A stretch of DNA of 64,000 bases, taken from assembly GCA_963663765.2 (NCBI GenBank), contig CAXXUA010000004.1, positions 832,001 through 896,000 on the forward strand, given 5' to 3'. The DNA comes from Candidatus Poribacteria bacterium. GTDB lineage: Bacteria > Poribacteria > WGA-4E > WGA-3G. Under the pieces are notes generated by a model. That model was given only the letters and a program-made list of their open reading frames with translations, was not told the DNA's origin and did not search any database. Below, piece after piece: positions 1-8,124 of the stretch. Each line of letters opens with the position of its first letter. Within the stretch, counting starts at the first letter, position 1. The position numbers and the translations under genes were made by a program.

Positions 1-383
1 TGTACGGTCGCGACCAAGAGGTCGCTCCTACCAGCGCGGTGTACGGTCGCGACCAGGAGGTCGCTCCTACCAGCGCGGTGTACGGTCGCGACCAAGAGGT
101 CGCTCCTACCAGCGCGGTGTACGGTCGCGACAAGGAGGTCGCTCCTACCAGCGCGGTGTACGGTCGCGACCAGGAGGTCGCTCCTACCAGCGCGGTGTAC
201 GGTCGCGACAAGGAGGTCGCTCCTACCAGCGCGGTGTACGGTCACGACCAGGAGGTCGCTCCTACCAGCGCGGTGTACGGTCACGACCAGGAGGTCGCTC
301 CTACCAGCGCGGTGTACGGTCGCGACCAGGAGGTCGCTCCTACCAGCGCGGTGTACGGTCGCGACCAGGAGGTCGCTCCTACC
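1..383 (-). repeat. Tandem array of a 39-bp REP-like unit, 10 copies visible, open at the window edge
   Basis: Minus-strand unit GGTAGGAGCGACCTCCTGGTCGCGACCGTACACCGCGCT is GTAG plus a GCGACC/GGTCGC hairpin plus an invariant linker. The same core occurs in the 59.2 kb array and in MITE family A. Confidence 0.95.
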
Positions 384-397
384 GCGGGGTTTCATTT

Positions 398-417
398 GGG
401 TGTGTAAAGTTTTTGTC
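398..417. mobile_element. Probable terminal inverted repeat (GGGTGTGTAAAGTTTTTG) of the ISKra4-like element
   Basis: Lies just past the transposase stop at 426. The same end recurs at 15150, 15615-15632, 24443 and 55020-55032. Confidence 0.6.
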
Positions 418-425
418 ACTAAGCG

Positions 426-1340
426 TTATGCGGCTTTTGTGTCTGGATACCAATATCTGTCCCAGGCATTATTCTTCAACAGACATCTCCAACTTAGAAC
501 AGCATTGATACCCGGTTTCTCCCATCTCATAGAAGCTTGTTTACATCTTTGTCCAACAACATGTTTACAGGCACTCTCAATTACGCCACTACCAATCTGA
601 TACCCTTTTTCTCTAAATACTTTATAGTGCATACGTTTTGCAAGTTTTTCAAAATATCTTGCTTCTCTTTCTAAACTATCTGAAACTTCCGGGTGCTGTG
701 TGGCTAAAGCACGGATGCTTGAAACGACTTCTGTGATGTTGCCATCGTAAAGGAGCGGTTCTGTTGCTTTGATCCAGCCTTCTAACGCTTCTGTTTCTGT
801 CTCACCAAAGGCAACTTTAGCCACATCATAAAGATGTGATTTGGCATGCATGTAATCCACAATCTCTACAGCATTCGGGAAGTATTCATCCGCTAAGTTC
901 CATATCCACGCCGCTCCATCTCCGATAAACACGACCTCTTGCGTCCCTATATCTTCTTGATAGATGCCGCTCTGCGTTGCTAACTTATACAACTCTTTAC
1001 CGAAATGAGCCGCATTCTCACGCTCCGCAACATAACGAATGCTTGGTGTTCTCGCACTCGGTGTCGCACCAGAACTGTTTGAGGGCTGTGGATTATCTCT
1101 ATAAATACAACCTACTTTGGTTTCTTTCCACCTCTCTTGTAATTCCAATTCAAATAAATCTTGTCACATTAAGGAATTCTACTGTTTACTGGCAGGGGGT
1201 TACTCTCTTCGGTAGGAGCGACCTCCTGGTCGCGACCGGGAGGTCGCTCCTACCAGATTTTCGATGCTAATGAGACATTATCACATGAAAATGGTATAAG
1301 TTCGTGTGTCACCCATCACAACTCATATACCAACACTGAT
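426..1340 (-). pseudogene. ISKra4/UPF0236-family DDE transposase, disrupted
   Basis: ORF 426..1148 carries WKETKVG, IGDGAAWIW, DYMHA and GSGVIESACK. The upstream motif YMSCDG*HTN is read on the far side of the MITE at about 1299-1340, with an in-frame stop. Confidence 0.85.
1143..1298. mobile_element. MITE family A copy 1 (about 156 bp) with a central GTAG REP doublet
   Basis: Imperfect TIRs TACCAATTCA...TGAAAATGGTA. Near-identical copies at 37327-37483 and, inverted, 54380-54536. This copy interrupts the transposase. Confidence 0.85.
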
Positions 1341-1638
1341 TGTCTTTAAGGTTTGGTGTTCTACTTGTTCACAGATATTAAAATGTCATGTGACATTTCC
1401 GCTTGTCAACGGAAGCAATACTTCCGACAATCCGAGATTAGTACAATGCATGAACTTCTATCCCGCACCAAACCCAATGAATTAAAAGAAACGCCAGGAA
1501 CGCATTACTAAGGGAATGAACGAAGGGCATTAGGTCGCGGTCCGTATCCCGGTGATCCGAGGGATGGAAAGTAAAAAAGTATGGATCACCGGAAATAACA
1601 CCGTTAGGAAGGAAATTACTGGGACTTGATCTGTGGGA

Positions 1639-2436
1639 CTAATATGACTTTATTATCCCCCATGTCGTTGCTAATTTGTCTTGTGAATCAACACCCAAAG
1701 CAGTTTGTAATCCAGTATTTCGGATAGCATTTATCTGTGTCAGTTCCAAGTCTACATTAAAGATTGCCACCTCATCAAATGTACCAAGCATTAGGGCGTG
1801 GTTTTCTAAACGAGCACCTATATTAACCTCTTGCGTTGCATTATTGGTATTCGTATCAAATTCTGTTCCTTCTTTTTCTTGTAGAACACCATCAACATAT
1901 AGATCATGATCTTTCACAGCACTTGAACCTTTTGGAAAGACGACCGCACAATGATGCCATTCTCCATCACACACGTTATCTGTCCCAAAATTGTTTCCAC
2001 CATTTACTTCTACGCGTAAATTGCATTCGTTCCCTCTTACATGTGCGCGGATGTAGTATTTTTGTGTTGACGAATTTATACCCCATTTCACCCATGAATG
2101 TTCACGAACCGTTGAAGTCTTAAACCAAAATACTGTTGTTCGAGGGTCTGTTCCTCCAATACCAGTATAACCTGTGACAATCAAATTGTCATCGTTACCA
2201 TCATATTCCAATGCTTTTCCAAAAACACCGTTGACATACGTCGCCCCGATAAGTTTACCATCACGTCCATTGCCTGAAATATCTTTGACAACATCATTAT
2301 CATTATCAAATAAATAAGCCACTTCTAAGGTATCTTTATCAATTGCTGCTGCATGGCAGAAACATGCAATAGACATTGAAAAAATAAGCATGCTAATTAT
2401 TATGCATATCAGTCGACTTTCATTGTAGAACTTCAT
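1639..2436 (-). CDS. Secreted LamG/ConA-like jelly-roll protein
   Basis: Signal peptide, GVFGKALEYDG, DGEWHHCAVV, LYVDG, DEVAIFN and C-terminal VDSQDKLATTWGIIK. Confidence 0.85.
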   Translation of the reverse strand: MKFYNESRLICIIISMLIFSMSIACFCHAAAIDKDTLEVAYLFDNDNDVVKDISGNGRDGKLIGATYVNGVFGKALEYDGNDDNLIVTGYTGIGGTDPRTTVFWFKTSTVREHSWVKWGINSSTQKYYIRAHVRGNECNLRVEVNGGNNFGTDNVCDGEWHHCAVVFPKGSSAVKDHDLYVDGVLQEKEGTEFDTNTNNATQEVNIGARLENHALMLGTFDEVAIFNVDLELTQINAIRNTGLQTALGVDSQDKLATTWGIIKSY

Positions 2437-2523
2437 TTCTTATTCTCCCAAAAATTAGTTAATTTTCTCGTAATCAAAAAGTGACGTATTAGTTGTTTTG
2501 TTATTTTTAAAAACCATAGTTGT

Positions 2524-3348
2524 TTAATATAACTTAATTTGTGCCCAACTCGTTGCTAATTTGTCCTGTGGATCTACACCGAGTGCTGTTTGTAATCCAT
2601 TATTGCGTATAGCATTAATATCACCCTGACTCAAGTCAACATTGAAAATTGCAACCTCATCCATCAACCCAAATAAAAATGTGTGACCAGTTATTCTGGA
2701 ACCAATATTCACCTGTATAAAATCGCCGTTGGTATTCATCTCTTTATCATCTCCTTGGGGTGCATTTTGAAGTTTACCGTCGACATAAAGGACGTGGTCT
2801 TTAACTGAATCTGAACCTTTTGGAAAGACAACAGCACAGTGATGCCATTCACCATCACAAACATCATCACTTCCATAACTCTGACCGCCATTTACCTCAA
2901 CTCTTAAGAAACATTGATTTCCAGAGGTATGCGCTCTTATGTAGTATTTTTGACCTCCAGCATTCTGTCCCCATTTAACCCATGAGTGATCTCTTGCAGC
3001 ATTTGCTTTAAACCAAAATACTGTTGTTCTCGGTTCTGTACCACCAACACCCTTATAGTCACCAGTAATTAATTGATCATCTACACCATCAAATTCCAGT
3101 GCCATACCAAAAACACCCTTGACATAAGTTGCACCCGTGATTGTACCATCGTGATTGTTTTTTGTTAAATCCTTTGCAGTATTGCCATTCCCTTCATCAA
3201 ATAGATATGCAAACTCAATCGTGTCAATATCAATACGGGCAGCATGGCTGTAACCAATGACTAATAATGTTAACATTAACATACTAAGAGAAAGTATATA
3301 GTATACACGTTGTTTCCAAGTTATCATAATTTCCTCCAACGAAAACAA
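2524..3348 (-). CDS. Secreted LamG/ConA-like jelly-roll protein (paralog; start probably the downstream Met in MITWKQ)
   Basis: Same motifs as 1639..2436, ends VDPQDKLATSWAQIKLY, and a GGAGG precedes the internal ATG. Confidence 0.85.
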   Translation of the reverse strand: MFSLEEIMITWKQRVYYILSLSMLMLTLLVIGYSHAARIDIDTIEFAYLFDEGNGNTAKDLTKNNHDGTITGATYVKGVFGMALEFDGVDDQLITGDYKGVGGTEPRTTVFWFKANAARDHSWVKWGQNAGGQKYYIRAHTSGNQCFLRVEVNGGQSYGSDDVCDGEWHHCAVVFPKGSDSVKDHVLYVDGKLQNAPQGDDKEMNTNGDFIQVNIGSRITGHTFLFGLMDEVAIFNVDLSQGDINAIRNNGLQTALGVDPQDKLATSWAQIKLY

Positions 3349-3637
3349 TTGAGCATAACACTCAACTTTATTTTTTATTCAAAACTGAAGTTTTTACTTG
3401 TCATTTGTGAAATTTATATTGAAGTATAAAGGTGAATATATTGACATATACAGGAAGATATTTTCTATGAGTTACTGATCGCATCCAACTGTTTTTTGTA
3501 ATTTCAATATAGCAGGAATTATAACAAACCAACATTTAAAAAGCAATTAAAATAAATAATATTTCAGTGTTATTTAGTTTTGGGAATTTTTGTCGTTTTT
3601 TCTCAAAAATGTTAATGTTTATGTAGTGTTGTAAGTT

Positions 3638-3697
3638 CAAATTAACAGTATGAATCATGGCGAATGCCATACGCGCATTCGCCCAATAGCATTCCCC
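3638..3697 (-). repeat. Degenerate Y-type micro-insert whose loop holds an X-type hairpin
   Basis: CAAATTAACAGTATGAAT...GCATTCCCC matches reverse Y at 43135-43170. The internal GGCGAATGC-CATACGC-GCATTCGCC (3659-3683) matches the X hairpin. Confidence 0.65.
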
Positions 3698-3774
3698 GGA
3701 GACCCCGCCATACAATGTGTGAAGGGATTTGACCTTAAATTGACACCTATAGGTTTCGTTAACGCTCTACCTAT

Positions 3775-3912
3775 AGGTGTCAACTTAAGAAAAAAGTGTT
3801 GGCATATTCTCTTGTGGGAGGGGTTTTCAACCCCGATTTAAGCGGAAATGCACTAAAAAATCGGGGTTGAAAACCCCTCCCACAAGAAGTTAAAAACCTT
3901 AAGTTGACACCT
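3775..3912. mobile_element. MITE family B copy 1 with an internal GTGG REP doublet
   Basis: Perfect TIR AGGTGTCAACTTAAG/CTTAAGTTGACACCT and an internal IR TCTTGTGGGAGGGGTTTTCAACCCCGATTT. Confidence 0.85.
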
Positions 3913-3935
3913 ATAGGTTTCGTTAACGCTCTACC

Positions 3936-4075
3936 TAATGAAGTTTGACAATCAAAATCGGTAGTTGAATTCGTAGGGGTTGGGTTCCCTAACCCGTTTG
4001 GTTTTTGAGTTTGCGTAGATCATGTGTGGCAACCACGCCCCTACGAATACACAACTTGAACGTCAAAACTCATTA
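3936..4075. mobile_element. MITE family C with a GTAG REP-like pair
   Basis: TIR TAATGAAGTTTGAC/GTCAAAACTCATTA and internal ATTCGTAGGGG...CCCCTACGAAT. Confidence 0.7.
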
Positions 4076-4212
4076 GGTGTCAACTTAAGAAAATATTGTT
4101 GGTATATTCTCTTGTGGGAGGGGTTTTCAACCCCGATTTGAGCGGAAATGCATTAAAAAATCGGGGTTGAAAACCCCTCCCACAAGAAGTTAAAAACCTT
4201 AAGTTGACACCT
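4075..4212. mobile_element. MITE family B copy 2
   Basis: Near-identical to 3775-3912. Confidence 0.85.
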
Positions 4213-4528
4213 ATAGGTTTCGTTAACGCTCTACCCGACCTACAATTAAAGCTTTTAGTAACGTCCATCAATGGGTAATTCAAAAAACAAAATAATCCAG
4301 ATAATGTTTTAGAAATGGGGCTACAGCAATATCGGAGTGGCTAATAAAAAAAATGTATGATATGGAATCTTATTCTCTTTTCAAATTATACCATATTAAC
4401 GTGTTTTGTATTGTTTTTAGTGCCGAAAACAAGGGTGGGTACAGAGACCTGCCCTACGATTTAGATTAATTTGGTTTAAGTTCTTAGCAGTAAAGTTGGA
4501 TTGACAGATTGGAACTATCAACTATCAA

Positions 4529-4566
4529 CAAAAAAGTAGTGTGAAGTATAATTACCTCACACTACT
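4529..4566 (-). terminator. Probable intrinsic terminator
   Basis: AGTAGTGTGA...TCACACTACT stem followed by a U-run on the minus strand, downstream of 4634..5434. Confidence 0.6.
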
Positions 4567-4633
4567 ATAAAATTGTCTTATATAAGACCAACACATCAAA
4601 ATGTATTAAAAAAACAGTTGTGTATACTTTACA

Positions 4634-5434
4634 CTAATATTTCTTTATTCTTGCCCAACTTGTGGCTAATTTGCCTTGTGGATCAACACTCACGGTTGCA
4701 TGCAAACCATCATCCATGATAGCATTGACTTGTTCTTCATCAATTGCTACACTGAAGATAGCAAGTTCATCCATTAGTCCATAGAGAAAGTGATGTCCTG
4801 TCAGACGTCCACCGACATTAATGTCTTGTGTTGCGCCATCTGTGTTCATCGCTCTATCATTACCAATTTTTTCTTGAAGTATGCCATCAACATAAAGGTG
4901 TAAATCTTGGACAGAATCAGCATCGTCGGGAAAGACAAGTACACAATGATGCCATTCACCATCACACACATCAGTATTTCCATAATTTTGTCCGCCATTT
5001 ACCTCAATTCTCAAGAAGCACTGTTCTCCTGATGGATGTGCTCGGATATAGTGTTTTTCTCCGGCAACATTCCTACCCCATTTCACCCATGAATGCTGTC
5101 GTGTTTCATTGGACTTAAACCAGAAGAGAATTGAACGGGGGTCTACACCACCAATTCCAGTATAACCAGTTACTATCAGGTTGTCGTCTACTCCATCGTA
5201 TTGTAAAGCAGTACCAAACACACCTTCAGTGTACTGTGCACCGATTATAGTTCCATCACGACCATTAGGTGAGGAATCTACAGCAACTTCACCTTCCCCT
5301 TCATCAAAAAGATAGAGAACCTCAATATTGTCTTCATCAATTATGCCAGCATGAACATAACTACTAATTGACAAAACAAAAATAATAATACTTAACCAAA
5401 CAATACTTGAACCTCTTAGATATTGAAATTTCAT
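4634..5434 (-). CDS. Secreted LamG/ConA-like jelly-roll protein (paralog)
   Basis: Signal peptide, LamG motifs and C-terminal VDPQGKLATSWARIKKY. Confidence 0.85.
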   Translation of the reverse strand: MKFQYLRGSSIVWLSIIIFVLSISSYVHAGIIDEDNIEVLYLFDEGEGEVAVDSSPNGRDGTIIGAQYTEGVFGTALQYDGVDDNLIVTGYTGIGGVDPRSILFWFKSNETRQHSWVKWGRNVAGEKHYIRAHPSGEQCFLRIEVNGGQNYGNTDVCDGEWHHCVLVFPDDADSVQDLHLYVDGILQEKIGNDRAMNTDGATQDINVGGRLTGHHFLYGLMDELAIFSVAIDEEQVNAIMDDGLHATVSVDPQGKLATSWARIKKY

Positions 5435-5687
5435 TTTCGCTCCTCCAAGAACAAAATATGATTTATTGTTATTTAATACAAGATTTTACAATTTATAGTT
5501 GTGTAACTTCCTTAGATAAATCCTTTGGGTTAACTGCAAACAATTTATCAAAAACGTCAAAAATATGCAACAATAATTATCTGGTTAAAAGGAGTCTTTA
5601 CTTTAAAATAACTCAACATTAGGCGTATAGTGATAAATATACCATTATACACCTAACGTTGAAATAGACTTTATAGGTACAGGACTT

Positions 5688-7967
5688 TTACCGATTAAAC
5701 AGGAATGACCTTGATGAAATGAGAGCCCACATGAGGTCTTCTACATCTACTTGTCTTGGTACCTGTTCTTTTTCCTCAGGTTTATCTGTAAGATAGTTTG
5801 TACCTGTTTCAAGTTCCGTTTCAGTTGGATAACGACTCAAGGTCATGAGATACAAATGATTGACCAATTCCGCGGGTTTCATTTTCTCACCTGTTTCTGG
5901 TCGTAGTAATTTCCTAATTGTTCCATTACCCTGTCTCAACTTATTGTTGATATAAGGAGAATTTATGATGTGAAGAGCCTGAATCAATGTTGGTTCAAGT
6001 AAGGGATCTAAATTACCCAAGAACTCTCTATTGGAACGTCCGAAAAGACTTAGGAATCGGGAACTTACAGGTAGCGGCACCTCAACTGCCCGTGTACCTT
6101 CTGGATAACGTCCATATTTCTCGGATGTACCAGTAACATCGTTTAGTACATCAAGTAAGACTTGAGCCATTAGTGGACGCGGCATAAAACGTGAGAAGAA
6201 CCTATCATCTAATTCATTCGTGTCGTTCGGTACAGCAGAGAGTTGGTAAGTCCGCGAATTGAGAATAAGTTTGATGATATGTTTGGTATCATAGTCAGAG
6301 CGAATAAATTCTTCTGCTAATGCTTCCAACAATCCTTCAACGCTTGGAGGTGAAGTTGCCCGCATATCGTCAACGGGGTCAACAATTCCCCTTCCGAAAT
6401 AGTAACTCCATATTCGGTTGACTGTTGCTTTAGCAAAATATGGGTTTGTATCAGAAGTCATCCAGTCAGCAAGGTGTTTTATAGCCTTTTCTTGATATGC
6501 TTCTGGAAGTGTTTCCCCGCCAAGGAATGTGGGTTGCGCAACTTGACCACGGTTTCCTTGAACAGATTGGTTAATAACACGACCACCAGGATTATGATAT
6601 ACAACTAATTCTTGGTAGAGGTTACCATTGCGTGTGGTGACCTTACCTGTGAAAGCGGCGAAGTTCCAGTAATCATCAGTTGTCCATTGGTCAAACGGAT
6701 GTTTATGACAACGAGCACAACTAAGTCGTATTCCGAGGAACACCTGTGCTGTTGTTTCCGCTCTACCTGCTGGTTGACGTTCAATCCGATAATAGTTTGT
6801 TGGACCATTCTGATATGTACTACCTGTTGCAGTCAAAATTTCTTCAACAAACTCACTGTACGGTCTGTTTTCAGCGACAGATTCCCTGATATACTCATGG
6901 AATAGCACAGCTCCTCGTTCACCAAATTCACCATTACCCAACCTTCGTGGATGCACACGCAACATGTCCGCTAACTTTAATGTTCGCAGATCAATCCACT
7001 CAGGGGTATCCATTAGTGTATCAATGAGACGTGAACGTTTGTCCGTGTTGGAATCAGCGAGGAATTCTTTTACTTCATCGGGTGTAGGTAAATAACCAAC
7101 CGTATCCAAATAAATCCTACGGAAGAATTCCGTATCAGTTGTGAGTGCAGAGGGGCGCACATTCAATTTTTTCAGTTTTGCTACAACGAATTCATCAATG
7201 AAATTGTTTGTTACAACATCTGGATATGATACCCCATCTGCTGCTCTTGGAACGGTAATAAAGGAGGAAGTAACAACTCCTAAAAATCTGGCGATGATTG
7301 CTGTTCCACCCCATCGAACACTTGTTACTAATCCTTCTGGAGAAGCCTCAGCGATCGGTTCATCTTTGGATTCGTATACAGCTTGATGGGTAACATCTCT
7401 TGAAGTGCCATCTGTGAACGTTGCTATAACCTTCAACTGATTTGTTTCACCATTACCTGTGAAGGTAACACTTTTTGGTTCAATTTCAAGTTTTTGTAGA
7501 CGCGGTTCGTCTGGAGAAAATGGTGCACCAGCCGCAATCCACCGTAAAATCGTTTCTGCTTCCGCGGAATCCATCTCAAATCTTGTTCCACCAGTATGAG
7601 GAATTTGACCTGTGGGTTTGAGAAAAAGCAGACTCTGTTCCGGTTCAAGCAGATTGATTCGCCTGCCACGGTTGTGATGTACAATCGGTTCATAATCTGC
7701 CTCTGGATTGAGTGTCAACAATGAAAGGTTTAAGCCGCCTCTACCCCCGAATTTTCCGTGACATTCCCCTGTTGAGCAACCACTCTTGTCAAGAATAGGT
7801 GCGATATCTTTTAGAAAAAGAGGTGTGCTTTCTTTTGAATCTTTGCTAACTGAATCATTACTGTCAGTATTACCCAAACATGTATTGGGTAATAGCATGA
7901 ATGTATATGCTGCAATAGCACATACCATGAGTATAGGAACTATAATGTTCCTTCTGACGATGTTCAT
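5688..7967 (-). CDS. DUF1549/DUF1553 (PSD1-type) protein with an Ig-like domain
   Basis: Signal peptide, CSTGECHG, CARCHKHP, NFIDEFV, NPYFAKATVNRIW and GRGIVDPVDD. Confidence 0.85.
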   Translation of the reverse strand: MNIVRRNIIVPILMVCAIAAYTFMLLPNTCLGNTDSNDSVSKDSKESTPLFLKDIAPILDKSGCSTGECHGKFGGRGGLNLSLLTLNPEADYEPIVHHNRGRRINLLEPEQSLLFLKPTGQIPHTGGTRFEMDSAEAETILRWIAAGAPFSPDEPRLQKLEIEPKSVTFTGNGETNQLKVIATFTDGTSRDVTHQAVYESKDEPIAEASPEGLVTSVRWGGTAIIARFLGVVTSSFITVPRAADGVSYPDVVTNNFIDEFVVAKLKKLNVRPSALTTDTEFFRRIYLDTVGYLPTPDEVKEFLADSNTDKRSRLIDTLMDTPEWIDLRTLKLADMLRVHPRRLGNGEFGERGAVLFHEYIRESVAENRPYSEFVEEILTATGSTYQNGPTNYYRIERQPAGRAETTAQVFLGIRLSCARCHKHPFDQWTTDDYWNFAAFTGKVTTRNGNLYQELVVYHNPGGRVINQSVQGNRGQVAQPTFLGGETLPEAYQEKAIKHLADWMTSDTNPYFAKATVNRIWSYYFGRGIVDPVDDMRATSPPSVEGLLEALAEEFIRSDYDTKHIIKLILNSRTYQLSAVPNDTNELDDRFFSRFMPRPLMAQVLLDVLNDVTGTSEKYGRYPEGTRAVEVPLPVSSRFLSLFGRSNREFLGNLDPLLEPTLIQALHIINSPYINNKLRQGNGTIRKLLRPETGEKMKPAELVNHLYLMTLSRYPTETELETGTNYLTDKPEEKEQVPRQVDVEDLMWALISSRSFLFNR

Positions 7968-8124
7968 GTGTTTCTCCTTTCTTACAAGTGTTCAATGACG
8001 TTCATACTGTCAAAAAACTTGTAAGGAATTACCTCTGTTACTTAATTCTATAATTTAAACAATAGTCAAACTTACTTTTTTATTTTTCAATACCATTTGT
8101 TAGGTTAGTTGGATTTTCAACAAG

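Noticed and set aside
39-407. 122-aa repeat protein (YGRDQEVAPTSAV)n
   Set aside because: This is a translation of the 39-bp REP array; the same core is non-coding elsewhere.
1545-1597. Structured ncRNA at the CCGGTGATCC...GGATCACCGG inverted repeat
   Set aside because: It is a single stem downstream of a LamG gene with no recognisable RNA family features, so there is too little to call.
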